Source: Octopus vulgaris (taxonomy: Eukaryota). From it: a stretch of DNA of 64,000 bases. Shown piece after piece: positions 13,720 to 27,491 of this stretch (position 1 is its first letter; every line of letters begins with the position of its first letter). The DNA lies in contig OX597825.1 of the NCBI GenBank assembly GCA_951406725.2, forward strand, positions 18,910,001-18,974,000, read 5' to 3'. The notes below the pieces were generated by a model, which had not been told where the DNA came from, did no database searches, and saw only the letters and a list, made by a program, of their open reading frames with translations. Both the position numbers and the translations under genes were made by a program.

Positions 13720-14012
13720 GAGGCACGTGGCTTAGTAGTTAGAGCAGCGGACTTGCGGTCGAGGGATCGCGTGTTCGAATCTCAGACCGGGTGATGTGTG
13801 TGTGTGTTTATGAGCGAAACACCTAAGCTCCACGCGGCTCCGGCAGAAGGTAATGGCGAACTACTCCCGACTTTTTCGCCACAACTTTCTCTCACTCTTT
13901 CCTCCTGCATCCTACAGCTCACCTGAGACGGACCGGCGTCCCGTCATGGTGGGGAACCTATACGCCAAGGAAACCGGGAAACCGGCCTTATGAGAAAGGT
14001 GTGGCTCGAAAA
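13720..14012 (+). mobile_element. SINE group C (head H1, tail T3)
   Basis: A box tggcttagtagt, B box gtgttcgaatct; tail ...ggaaaccgggaaaccggcc...ggctcgaa. Confidence 0.85.
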
Positions 14013-14103
14013 AAAAAACAAACAACAAACATGAATGTACGATATTAATCGCTTTATTGTTACTTTTACTTTAGAGTATAACACCTAATTTAAATAAAAA
14101 ATA

Positions 14104-14353
14104 TATGCGCCCTATAAAAGCCTAGCCTGGTTCATGGGCCCGGTTTCCCTGTTTCTATGGCGTATGTGTTCCCCAGATGTACGGGACGCCAGTCCATCGC
14201 AGTGTTACTCATTTTTGCCAGCTGAGTGGACTGGAGCATTGTGAAATGAAGTGTTTTGCTCAAGAGCATAACGCGTCGCCCGGTCCAGGAATCGAAACCA
14301 CAATCGTACGATCATGATGCTGAAACCCCAAACACTATGCCACGGGCCTCCAC
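14104..14353 (-). mobile_element. SINE group C (head H2 with CORE-like body, tail T2)
   Basis: Minus strand: tRNA-like head, ttgagcaaaacacttcatttcac...aaaaatgagtaa, then gcgatggactggcgtcccgt...gggcgcat. Confidence 0.85.
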
Positions 14354-14703
14354 TAACACCTACTTTACATATTTTAAAAGTTTTGCCATAAAAACTAATA
14401 CGAAAGGAAACGAGTAAAATGATATTCTGAAGCAGATGAAAATTTAATCTTACAAAAGTTTAGTGGTTGAGTATTCGACTGCTAATCTATTATATGCGTG
14501 GTTCGAATCAGATGAACATTATTAAGAGAAGACAGTATTTTGAGTGTATTCCGCTATGTAACTATATAGCGTTTAAGCAAGATCCGGCTACATCAGAAAA
14601 CCTCTCACTTCGGAAAAGAATTCTATTTGAAATGCTGTCTTTTAGCTCTTGCTCACTGTCAACTAAACATTTCCACTTTTGAAATGTATAAATTCATTGA
14701 CTG

Positions 14704-14757
14704 TTGTGTGTGTGTGTGTGTGTGTGTGGTGTATGTATGTGTATATATATGTGTGTA

Positions 14758-14810
<53 letters not shown>

Positions 14811-14835
14811 CTGTATATATATGTATATATCTATA

Positions 14836-14872
<37 letters not shown>

Positions 14873-14930
14873 GCATGTATGTATACAACTAAATCTGCGC
14901 ATTTATGTATATATATGTATGTATGTATGT
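14704..14930. repeat. Compound (TG)n/(TA)n/(TATG)n microsatellite
   Basis: Direct reading; source of the YIYI-type ORFs. Confidence 0.95.
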
Positions 14931-15906
14931 AGATATTAATCTGAAAGATTCCAATGCGTCTCACTCTTGAGAAGAAGATTGATAGATAAGTAGCTACACT
15001 ATATATTGGTTCAGTATTAATGACAGATATTTAAGAATTTATACATTTTCGATGCACATTGGTAATTATATGCATTAATATTGATGGGAACTAATGGATA
15101 AATTGAAATTTGTAAGGTAGGATTTCGTGTGGAAAGAAGCCTGTGAGTGGCTTGTCCAATTTGCCGCTTGATAACATAAATAAAGGATAAAAAGGAAAAA
15201 AAAAACGAAAAATGAATGTAAAGATATCTCAAACACTTAGTAAGATTTAAATTAAATTAATTAGGAAATGTGCTTACAAATAAGATAAATTAGGGAAAAA
15301 AACATTCAGAAAATATTGTGTGTATGTGTTTTTGAGTCTACGAGGATAAATTTATAATTAGAAGGAGTAAAAGATAAATGGATATGTTTTTGTAAGAACT
15401 CATAGTGGAAGGAGTATGTGATAGTCTGATAATGCTAAGATAGACGAAAAAATGTGGTTACGTAAATAGCCGAATTACAAATGAAATATAGCAATGGAAG
15501 CAGGCATGTATTGTAATGTGAGTAAAATCTCAAATCAAATTGAAAAATACTAAATTTGTTATATCAAAAGAGGAAAGAAATAACATTCTCACGAATGCAA
15601 AAGAAAAAAAAACAGAAATTAACATAAATTTAAATTTAGCTCTAACATAATTTCTTCACTCACAGCTTTATCTCATCACAAGCACGGTGAGACTTTCACA
15701 GGTTTCAGCTTATATGTATTCATAATTTAATATTTCTATATTTTCATATATCGTTTATTGATATATTTACACATTGTCTTTGTCTTTGTTCACTTTCCTC
15801 TAAATCTCTAAATATCACTCCTTCACGTTCATCAATTCTAGCGATCTCAACATCCCTAGATTTATTTCATTCCCCCTTATCTTACATTCCAATTAGTAAT
15901 CACAAC

Positions 15907-16311
15907 GGATCTTTTCGGTTTGAGCGGCAGTTTTTTCTAGCGGTGTCATATGAAATTGTCACCCATAATTATGACCCTAGTATCGATCTATTGCATTTCA
16001 ATCTGTTTTAGGGGTGGGGGAAGGGTATATTTTTTCTTCACAAATATAAATAAACCCAATCTGTTTCTTAAACGAGAGACATATTCATACGGCACAGAAT
16101 GATTTTTTACCTCAATAGACGTCATTGATTGGTTGAAATTGCAGAAATTGAAGAAAAAGAAGCAACAAATATCTTACAAACCATGGAATTTTCTCAATAA
16201 AGCCAAGAGAAAAAGATATTTTATAAACACATTCTACCAGTATACGAAGTTTAAAAGTGTTTAGTTACGTGGAAATTATTCTAAAAACTGCCGTCCAAAC
16301 CGAAAAGATCT
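15907..16311. mobile_element. Second copy of the ~405 bp MITE, inverted relative to 12646
   Basis: Same TIRs; flanks atcacaac and gtcacaac; interior is the reverse complement of 12646-13052. Confidence 0.9.
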
Positions 16312-16394
16312 GTCACAACATTACTGTAAAAAGGGCGTTTTATCTTTAAGAGATTCAACAGCAATAACTAAGAAGTCTTGTCAGTGCACCTCAT

Positions 16395-16910
16395 GGCCCT
16401 GGTGGGCAAAATAGAAAAGGTGCTGCCCCAAGGTATGGCGAGGAAGACACACTGGAACAGTGAATCCGACTCATCGGCTAAGCACTTACAGATATCTGTC
16501 CCGATAACATTCATCAGACTTCTGGACATAGTGATAGTGGACAAGTTGCCCTACATATGCTATATAGTTGATGTTGCATGCCTCCTAGGCCCACGGAATT
16601 CAAGAAGGAAGATAAAAGGATAGATAGATACACACCTCTTAAATACGAAATTGGCCGGCTATGGAAAATGAAGAAAGTGGAAGATATTGCCAATTATTTT
16701 TGGATCCTTGGGAACAGTATCAGAAGGCATCAAGAGAAATGTAAAGGAAATTACAATAGAGGGCCCACTCAAACTTAAAGGTTATCCCTACTGTTATCGG
16801 AGCATTGGATTCAATACCACTCAATCTATAAAAATTACACCCAACAATCTACCGTTTGTCTGAGGTTCTTGTTGAGACTTGACAAATAGCACAAACACCT
16901 GCTAGGCACA
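16395..16910 (+). mobile_element. Degenerate RLE LINE 3' end, paralog of 4565-5165
   Basis: LDIVIVDKLPYICYIVDVAC...IDRYTPLKYEIGRLWKMKKVEDIA; shared UTR ccaacaatctaccgtttgtctgagg. Confidence 0.78.
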
Positions 16911-17451
16911 ACTGCCACAGGCCCAACCCCAAATCTGTCAGAGCAGCCGATACCCATACTTTCTATTATACATTCTATTAAAACTGCATCACATTTCAAA
17001 TGATCCTTCTATATTTAAATATTACACATGCTGTCTACCTCTCCTTTTCATCTCAACATTTAGAAGCCTTTCTCTCTTCTTTATTTCACCGCAGACACAC
17101 ATTTCTTGTCATCGTGTTTTTCTCATTATTTACTCAATTGCATGTACTCATTCAAATAACTGTGGCTATATCTCTTCAATTAAACTGCTCCTTGCCAGCA
17201 CTAATCCACACCTTAGTCTAGGTCATTGGTCTCATTATTGACGAAAAACAATAAAAGCTTACTTGGCGTTTAATGGTTTCTTTTTCATATTTTTAGACTT
17301 TTCCTCATTTATAAATTTAAGGTTTTTACGTGCTTCTCAAAGTCTATTTTCATTTTCATTTTATTCATTTATTCACACGTGGGGAAAATTTCACACTCCT
17401 TATCTTACAAATTCATAATTTCAAATCTCTCTTTATTCATTAACGTATTTA

Positions 17452-17556
17452 TTGGGTGGCTGCATAATTAACGACTGTATTTTTTTATATTCTAAATTTA
17501 TTCGAAAATAAAACACCAAAGGAAAATAAACGGTCGTTAATTATGCACCAACCCAA
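17452..17556. mobile_element. ~105 bp mariner-derived palindromic mini-MITE
   Basis: ttgggtggctgcataattaacgac ... gtcgttaattatgcaccaacccaa; mariner-like TIRs around a short AT spacer. Confidence 0.78.
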
Positions 17557-17879
17557 TGCATGTATTCATTAGTTAGCATATATTTATGTACTAACGTATT
17601 ATATTATCCAACTTTCTCACGGTTCCGCTCAAATTTCGATATCAATGTTTTTATGAGCTCATATTTTCATACATCTATCCATATATCGAATATATTTAAA
17701 GAAAAATTATATTCTCAATCCTTTACTTCACTACTTGCGTCTGATTTTTGTACATATATGCACAGAAACATTAACATTAATGCATTCCTTCTCTTTTGTG
17801 GTTGCAAGGCTCACCCAGTCTTCTTATTTCTGTTTTCATTTCTCACCAAAATCTACTATGCCATCTCATAAGTAATATG

Positions 17880-18950
17880 CGGGTTTCAAATAACGAAAGC
17901 AAGTGATCAGATCTTACGTTTTAATGAAACTTAATCGTCAATATAGTTATACATATGACATATTTCCATCTATTCGTAAACTTTTTAATCCCATTAGTGA
18001 AAATTTCCTTCAGGTTTGAAGAGAATAATTCTGAAAGATCAGTTTTGACTTCACCAGTTAGTCCATCCAAATGATGCTCTAAACTACGGAACAAATAGTA
18101 ATACGAAAGAGCAAAGTCTGGTCACAAAGGCTAGCTGAGTTCGCGAGAATGAAGTGAGGAGCAGATGTCCATTCAGGATTTGCGGTTGGCTTCAAACAAA
18201 TCAGTGTTCAAATACTCTAATTGTTGACAGTAGCCTGAGTATTGATTTTTAAATTAGTTGGTAGCAAGTCAAAGTGGAAGACTTCTTTCCAATGCTACCA
18301 AACAGAGAGAAGAACATCCTTCCCATAGAGTTCATTTTCGGCTATAGTTGTGACTTTTCCCCTTCTTTTAAAAGTTCTGCAAAAAGGTGCTTGTCAGAGG
18401 TGAGGAGCAGATGTCAATTCAGGATTTGCGGTTGGCACCCATTTCCGAGTTTTGGGACCTTTTCATGTTGTTGAAGATGTCGGTGAACAGTTTTATGGCA
18501 TTAACGAAGCCTGCTTGCCAATTGTTAAGCTGAACCTGCATGAGCTTTTACAAGTTCTGCAAAAAGGAGCTTGTCATCGAATGCAATTTGACGTCCTGTT
18601 CGAGCCTCATCTAGAAGACAGAAATCTCCAATTATGAATTTTTAAAACCATTTTCTGCAAGTTTACTTCATAGGCTGAGTAAATATTTCGAGGCGCTTCA
18701 CCAGGACTGTTTCTTTTTAAAACTCATAATGTATAATGTGCCTCAAATGCTCCTTAAACACTTCCATGTTTCAAGAGCTATAATTAGTGAAATTTCAATT
18801 AGATTATTCTGCAAAATCAAATTTATTTGGTTTAAGTAGGTTTAAATACAAATAAATATTACTTGACGTCATTAGACATATAAAAATGCTATTGAAGACT
18901 TTACAAATTGAAAATATAGAAATGCGGGCATTGCTTAGGGGATGACCTGA
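17880..18950 (-). mobile_element. Heavily decayed, internally rearranged mariner element
   Basis: Minus strand shows GKWVP (WVPH-like, ~18445), FSVW and YYLFRSLEHHLDG (post-YSPDLAP region, ~18060-18110); short internal duplications. Confidence 0.7.
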
Positions 18951-19016
18951 TATAAATCAGTTAATGTCAAAAGCAGAAGCTCTTCATTCCAGCACACCTA
19001 TAAATGACCTTAATTA

Positions 19017-19587
19017 TTGGGTTGTCCGGAAAGTTCGTGCCGATTTTTAGAGGAAGGAAAAAGGTCAATAAATATTTGCCATTACATCTTTAATCAATCA
19101 AATATGAACCATTTTGTTGCACAATGCCTCTCCATCTTTCTTTTAACTTGAAAATACTCTCTTCCCAGAAGTGAGGTGGTTTCATGGCAAAGAATTCATC
19201 AAGGTATCATTTTACGTCATCCAAGGAATTGAAATTTTTACCATTAAGACTATTCTGCACTGCAGAAACCTCAATAAGAGGAAATCCGAAGGAGCAATAT
19301 CTGGTGAATATGGAGGGTGGGGTAACACATCCCAGCCGAGCTGCTGCAATTTTTGTCTGGTTCCCAAAGCATCAAGTGCCGAAAATGAACTTTCTTATCT
19401 TCCATTTTAAAGGGTTACAAAATTAACACAAATTATAGGAACATAAACCTTCTTCCAGAAAAAGATAGCTGAAACTGTGCTCTAAATGGAGGTGTAGTCA
19501 AATCCTATTTTATGGACCCAACCATGTTCTAAAATAAGTCGAAAGGTAAGCTACTATAAATCGGCACGAACTTTCCGGACAACCCAA
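19017..19587 (-). mobile_element. Internally deleted non-autonomous mariner with perfect TIRs
   Basis: ta-ttgggttgtccggaaagttcgtgccgattt ... aaatcggcacgaactttccggacaacccaa-ta; the minus strand retains PPYSPDIAPSDF. Confidence 0.93.
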
Positions 19588-20876
19588 TATTTACCTGCAG
19601 TAAAAATTCAAATATTTCTCGCCGTTTATTTTCACAAAACTACACGTCTCCCAGTCGCATATAAACCTTGATTTTACTTGTTAAATAACCCAGTCTTTAA
19701 GAAATTCCATAGAATGAAGAAAACCAAAATTAATTTCGTAAGAGCTACGCGCACGCGTGTATGAGCATGTATTTTATTTATATGCGTTTGCCCGTGCGTG
19801 TCTTTAGATATGGTTAGCCACAAGTATTTACAAATACATACATACATACACACATATACACATGTATATCACAAACACACACAAACGTATACACTGGTAT
19901 ATCACACACACACAAATATATACACGCACTTTTTCATCTCTGATTTCTTTCCTACAAATCCGTTTCTCGAAGAATTGCTCTATATTGTGTCTGCCAAGTA
20001 ATTTTTCTCATCTTTTATTATTCGTGTATTTGAGTTGGTAAATGTGTGTGAATGTGTGTGTGTGTGTGTGTGTGTTTGTGTGGGGGGAATGTATGCTCTT
20101 ATTTGAGATATATGCCTGTAAGTGTCCATGTGTGTAAATATATCATTTTCAAATGAGTTTTGAAGGAGAGAAGCAATATTTGAATAGTAATTACATTTGG
20201 CAGAAAAAACTGCAAGCACAGTTATCACATTCCTAAGCAACGTCTTAAATATGTATATGCATCTTATTGTCAAACAAGATAAACATTAAATTTTCATTCC
20301 CAGAGATATGACTGACTAAAGAATCTAAAAAGTCTTAATCATTGGCACTTATTAACATACGAAATTTAATTTGAAACTGCAAAGATTGTTTTCAAAATGA
20401 ATTACATTTTTTTTTCTTTTACTCTTCGGCGCCTTATTGATGTCTATTTGATGATGAATGTTAGTTTTACGACCTGAATATTGCAATGGAATTCAATTTA
20501 TTTTAATAAATTGGAGTAAACCTGACACATTGTATTGTAAGTTCTAAAATTGTTGTTCTTGATATTTATATATATATTTATTTATGTATGTATTTGATTT
20601 AGACTCTTTTTTTTTTTTTTTCTAATTCGCAATTCGATGCACACCTTTAACTTAACATATTCTTACAGAAATTTGAACCAAGGTGATGTTGGAAAACTGT
20701 ATTTGTTGTTAATTTATACAATAATTCTTCTTCGGAACTGATCGCACGATAGCTGATAGATGTAGAAAATGTGTGTCGAAAGTGCTATAAAAAGTGTTAA
20801 AGTGATTTTAATTTGTAAAATTATAAAGGAAAATCAAACCTAGACAAAATATTCATTATCTTGCTTTCGCAGACGG

Positions 20877-20914
<38 letters not shown>

Positions 20915-22339
20915 ATTATATGGAAAACAACATATTTATCGGTTATTTTGTCTAAGCCAAGCTATACTATTGATGTATTTTTTCTAAATTATATTATTTC
21001 ATAATTTATTTTGTTATATGAATATATTATTACATATTTTTTTATAGAATATTTTATATAATTATTTGATATTTTTATCAATCTTTGTGTCTGTATTTGA
21101 TGCAAATGAGATAAGTATAGAAAATATATTCAGGAAATTTATTTTACGTAATTCAACTTTTAAATTATATATTTTGCTGAATATTTTTGTGATTTCACTG
21201 CCAAAAATTATCATATATCCCTCTTCGTGGACATTTCTTACATATATGTATATCAGTAACAAAATTAAAGATATCGAGTTTTATGACTGTATAGTTTCCA
21301 GTTGGACACAGTCACATCCATCCGTGGCTTGTTATTGGTTTGCTTAGGATGCGTCATAGGGGAAAGGATATTTAAGAATTTATTGGGTTATCCCACGAAT
21401 TTGACTATAATAGTAATTTGTATTCTAAACACACAGATAAATAGGTAGAGAGAAAGAGCGTGAAGTACTTTGGAAATGAGTTGTGGAGCTAAAGATTTCC
21501 AAGAGAAGTGTGGGAAGCCTTATAACCCAGTGCGGAATGGCGAATTGTAAATTCGTGTTTAATATACTACAATCGGAGATTCAAGATAAAATCCTGCTTC
21601 AACATATATTATAACAGCATCATGAGTTTTCAACCGATATGAATAAGTAATTCAGAAAATAGATCCCTATTACCTGTGCGTTCATCCTACGTTCAAACAA
21701 ATTCTCTGAAATTTCAACAATATATAAGTATACTATTTGAAATATACAACCAGGATTTGGTTGATAACAACTCATGGAACGAGGATATTTTAATTTCGTG
21801 AGTCTATTTTTTATCGAAGTTATATCACTCGAGCACAGTCAAATAAGATAAAAACATATTATGTTGCTATTATAAACGTGCCATATGATAAATTGAATCT
21901 GTGTAGATTATACGTGGCAGTTTTGATGCAAAATTCGGCACCATCGATGTAGTAGAGAAACGTGAGCATGTAATTCATATAGTAAATCCAATCATGTAGG
22001 TCAACATGTTGACATGGTTCACTGAATAAGGCCGCTTTTATTTGAAGAGATGTATGTTATTGATAAGTCAATGCAAATTATTTGATTAATATTTATAGCT
22101 TAGAATTCACATTCAGTTACGTTAAGAAATGAATAAACAATACTTCCCTGCGTGTCTTCTCAAATACTTCGATTCACAGTGTGCTGTGCTTGCCCTTTGT
22201 AGGTTAAATCATAAGGTATATATGTATGCATCCACGTAATGTCACATACACAAAGACACAAACCGGCGCACAAACAAACACACAGGCACATATACACATG
22301 TGTGTGCGTGTGGATAAATATATATGTATATGTAAACAT

Positions 22340-22373
22340 ATACTCTGTATGTATGTATATATATATATATATC

Positions 22374-22460
<87 letters not shown>

Positions 22461-22465
22461 GTATA
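22340..22465. repeat. (TA)n microsatellite
   Basis: Direct reading. Confidence 0.95.
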
Positions 22466-23369
22466 CCGCCTGCAACTATTAAGAGAATAATTCTCAGCTT
22501 CTTAGAAATGAAAATTGATATTTTAAAATTTAAATTGTTGTTCTTTAGCCTAGTTGAAGTGACGGACAGTATTTACAATGTTATATTGAGTCAATATTAT
22601 AGATTGCTGCTTACACCTTAAGGCAAACGGTTTTCATGAGATTTCAACAGATATTACGATTTGTTGATTCAATTCTGCTCAGCGTAAAAGAATAAAGAAA
22701 GCCAAAAAATCAATAAACAACGGTATGCCGCACGTTATGATATAATAACAATTTTATGCAAGTATACAGACAGTTTGTCAATCTCTATCTTCTTATCTAC
22801 CTTCCCATCTCTTCTACATGCGTTTGATTTGTCTGTCTGTAAGTTTATATCTTTATTACAAAGAATCTCATGTATGTCTGGTAAATTGTTTGTGTGGGTG
22901 ACTATATAACTACACACACAGAGACACACACTCTCACTCACATTCACACATACACATATATGTAAAGACATATCTATACATGTATTTATATGCACAAACA
23001 CACACACACACTCACACAAACATATATATATATATATACGTGTGTATGTGCATGAGTGTATGGATGTGTGGGTGTGTGTTTGCGGATATACATATATCTA
23101 TGTATGTGTGGAGCAGACAAGGAAAAAGCGAGGCTTAGGATTACAGGGGATAGACGCATCGACTACAGAAATTTGATAAATACACATATACTTATACTTC
23201 TATGTTTATATATATATATATATATGCACAGATATAAATAATTATATTTATATATTGATAATAACAATGACGAAAATAGGTTTATAAAACGGTTTACATT
23301 ATTTGAATATATAAGGAAATCTGTGCTTATATATACATATGTAAGTATGTACGTATATACGCTTATACG

Positions 23370-23400
<31 letters not shown>

Positions 23401-23792
23401 CATACAAGCATATTTACTTGCGGTGTGCGCGTATGTATGACTGTATTTATGTATGCATGCATGTATGAATATATATGTATATGTATATGTATATATATAT
23501 ATATATGTGTGTATGTGTGTGTGTGTGTGTGTGTGTGTATACACATATACACAAATGGGATAAGAACGTAACAGGCGACAATGAAACCATACGGACAGAT
23601 AGACGATAGAAAAACAGACAGGAAAAAAATCACGGATGTATCATTCTTGGTCTTCTATTCACCAGACAAGTTTCTAAATTATGATTACAGTTTCGGCGTG
23701 CTATTCTTCAGACAGTTCAAAAATTGGCTGGCCTCAAAAATCTAAGCTAAACGCATATATTTTTGGGAAGAAAGCAAGCGAATCTTCACATA

Positions 23793-24176
23793 TTGGAGCA
23801 CTCAGTCGGTTACGACGATGAGGGTCCCAGCTGATACGATCAACGGAACAGCTTGCTCATGGAATTAACGTGCAAGTGGCTGAGCATTCCACTGACACGT
23901 GTACCCTAAACGTAGTTCTCAGGGAGATTCAGCGTGACACAGAGTGTGACCAGGCTGGCCCTTTGAAATACAGGTACAACAGAAACAGGAAGAAAGAGTG
24001 AGAGAAAGCTGTGGTGAAAGAGTACAGCAGGGTTCACCACCATCCCCTGCCGGAGCCTCGTGGAGCTTTAGGTGTTTTCGCTCAATAAACACTCACAATG
24101 CCCGGTCTGGGAATCTAAACCGCGATCCTACGACCGCGAGTCCGCTGCCCTAATCACTGGGCCTTTGCGCCTGCAC
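23793..24176 (-). mobile_element. SINE group C (head H1, tail T1), near full length
   Basis: Minus strand: ggcccagtgattagggcagcggactcgcgg...aaacacctaaagctccacgagg...tacctgtatttcaaagggccagcc...gtaaccgactgagtgctcca. Confidence 0.87.
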
Positions 24177-24914
24177 TGAATCTTCACAACACAAATAAAT
24201 AAAGCCGAGGAAACTGAGAAAATGTAATACGATTGCAAATAGAAAGAACAAGAGAATAACAGCGGGTGTCTTTTTGGCTAATAAGGACGAATCAAGTTGA
24301 GCTGATTTGTGGAGTGAAAGACTTAACGCACCAACTTAGATGAAAGTCAGGAGAGAGAGGAAAATAAGGCGTGCTGTACGGATGACGGTGGGTCACAAAC
24401 ACCGGTCAGTGGAAAGAAAAGACGAACTGGAAAAAAATCAAGGACGGAAAATTTGTATACGCAGGCGTAGGAGTGGCTGTGTGGTAAGTAGCTTGCATAC
24501 TTCCCATGAGTCTTTGTTATCAGTGTGCGCATGTGTCATTGTGTTGTGTACTGAAAAAGATAGCCGGCAGTGTTTAACCTGCCAAAAGAAGCTACTGCAA
24601 GGTAAAACCTTTCTCTTGGACCCAGTGTGGGTCGTTGTCTGTGCTTATATGTTTTACAAACATGTTGGTCTACTTGCGGTTCATCAATATGGTCCATAGT
24701 AAGTGAAATTTTTTTCTCATTTTGTGAAGTACAGTTTGGTAGGCGTATCATTCAACCAAAAATCGTTCACTTTTAAACAGTGTATGTTTTTACCATTATT
24801 GGAAAACTGTATTTCAAGTGTTCACATAAAGTGAAAATTTTAGGAAAGTTAAGTCAGATTTTTTGTTTAGATGTGATACAATAACTAACTATGACTTAAC
24901 TTTCCTCTCATACC

Positions 24915-24966
24915 GTCTCCGATGAAGGGATATTATTAATTAATATCCTAGAAACAGCTGTAAGAC
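24915..24966 (+). ncRNA. Minimal type I hammerhead ribozyme-like motif (U4C core variant) in a Penelope-like repeat (~24770-25085)
   Basis: gtct-CCGATGA-a-gggatatta(ttaat)taatatcct-a-GAAAC-agct-GTA-agac: helix I gtct/agac, 9 bp helix II, palindromic helix III acagctgt. Confidence 0.65.
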
Positions 24967-25079
24967 CATCTATCTATAAATGCTCTAATATCTATACAGC
25001 CTTGGTCTTTTTATCTTATTACGCAAAAACTTATTATATACACACGCTGACATAGAACCAACGTTAAACGCTTTATACG

Positions 25080-25081
25080 CT

Positions 25082-25177
<96 letters not shown>

Positions 25178-25206
25178 GTATATATATATGTATATATATA
25201 TGTATA

Positions 25207-25288
<82 letters not shown>

Positions 25289-25293
25289 TATAT
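25080..25293. repeat. (TA)n/(TATG)n microsatellite
   Basis: Direct reading. Confidence 0.95.
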
Positions 25294-25849
25294 ACGACGG
25301 GCTTCTTTCTGTTTCCGTCTACAAATCCACTCACAATGCTTTGAGCGTATGTGTGTACATGCATTTCCTCGCACAATCTGTTAATTTCTTACTCGAGTAA
25401 TTAATAATGTAAGTATCAGCTTTGGTTTTGTATATGAGTCAATTGCTACATCGTATCATTTAAGCATTATTTTTATTATTTTTTTATCTTTTATCTTTTA
25501 TTTTTTTCAGCTATTAGACTGCTGCCATGAGTCGATACTACCTACCCTGAAAAATTTGTAGACATATGAATTCACTCCAGTACATTTTTTTTTTTTTTTT
25601 ATGTTTGGTGATTATGTTGCCGAACCGCTACGTTATGCATGCGTAAACACGTACATACATGTATACACACATTGGTAATTATTTCATCGACTCCAAAAAG
25701 ATGAAAAGCAAAATCGATACCATCAGAACTGAGACTCAGAAAATGCTTATGTGCATATATCTATCTATAAAACACGGAGCATCTGTGTGTGTCTATCATA
25801 AGAATATTTTTCGGTCTGAGCTAAAATAAACAACTAGATTACATGTTCA

Positions 25850-26098
25850 GCTCTTTTACTCTTTACTCTTTTACTCTTTACTATTTTCATTGTTTCAGTC
25901 ATTTGACTGCGGCCATGCTGGAGCACCGCCTTTAGTCGAGCAAATCGACCCCGGGACTTATTCTTTGTAAGCCCAGTACTTATTCTATCGGTCTCTTTTG
26001 CCGAACCGCTAAGTGACGGAGACATAAACACACCAGCATCGGTTGTCAAGCAATGCTAGGGGGACAAACACAGACACACAAACACATACACACACACA

Positions 26099-26150
<52 letters not shown>

Positions 26151-26502
26151 GATATATAAATAAACATATATATATAACGGGAACGTTTATGAAAATAAAC
26201 AAAAGACGAAGGCAGGTGGAATACAAACAAACAATTGTATTAGTATGGAGCTCAGGAATATAAATAAAACAAGTCTTTTACGTTTCGAGCCTACGCTCTT
26301 CAACAGAAAGATACACAGTACGGAAAGAAACAAGTATATATACATATATACGACAGGCTTCTTTCAGTTTCCGTCTACCAAATCCACTCACAAGGCATTG
26401 GTCGGTCCGGGGCTATAGCAGAAGACGCCTGCCCAAGATGCCACGCAGTGGGACTGAACCCGGAACCATGTGGTTGGTTAGCAAGCTACTTTCCTGCGCC
26501 TA
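25850..26502 (-). mobile_element. SINE family B with internal (TA)/(TG) microsatellite, interrupted by a nested insertion at ~26175-26335
   Basis: Matches 57091-57493 in reverse; tail (tactctttt)n; head ccacatggttccgggttcagtccc on minus strand. Confidence 0.9.
26274..26311 (-). ncRNA. Ultra-minimal hammerhead-like motif (core CUGUUGA) in a ~160 bp element nested in (TA)n
   Basis: Minus strand tcttt-CTGTTGA-a-gagc(gtag)gctc-GAAAC-GTA-aaaga; homolog at 62661. Confidence 0.65.
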
Positions 26503-27323
26503 TATTTATTCTTAATTTTCATATCTGATTGAGATGGCATGTACTTTTGGTTGAACATGCATTCGGGTATCCTATATTCCACTCTTTATAAAGTGATTGA
26601 AAGTTGTCACAACGTTATTACACATATTTATGACTGTGTAGAAGCTCTTTCATTTTTTGTTTGTACATTACCTGACGCTTCTTGTGAAATACACTACATA
26701 ACAATATAAAAACTTGTAATGTAATTTCAGACATGAATTAATTTAAATCTTTGCAATATATAATAAACTGCAAATTTTAAAATGCTTATCGCTAAATGTT
26801 TCAGATATATCAGACTCTTGACAGAAGCAAAATATTTATATCCTGTCATAGTGTCTATTGGAATACGTTTATCATTGTGAGAACTTCTGTTGGCTTTTCA
26901 TTAATTCATTCAATGTAGAAAGTATTTGTTTCCATATCAGTTTCTTGATCAGTAATGATACAATGGAAAAAAGAAAATTCAGTATTTTAATGTTTATATT
27001 ATAATCCAGGAACAGACAGAACGCCGAGCTGATATGTGCACACAACAAAGTACGTAATGATATCTGTGTGTGCGCGTGTGTGTGTGTGTGTGTATGTGTG
27101 TGTGTGTGTGTGTATAGATAGATAGGTAGATAGACAGATAGATAGATTTATGTATTTTTCGTTAATTCATCTTACAGCAAACGTGGACAACAATGGCGTC
27201 CTTTAAGCAATCGCTCAGGCTAATAGAAGTAGCATTCTAATCTTCCTCAAATCTCAACCATTAGTCTGAAAAGAATGCGCAAAAACGCTGGATAAATCTA
27301 AACTTTCTGAGCAACGAAATATA

Positions 27324-27491
<168 letters not shown>

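Noticed and set aside
23683-23716. Minus-strand CTGAAGA...GAAAC.GTA hammerhead-like string
   Set aside because: Helices I and II do not pair; may be a decayed relic or chance
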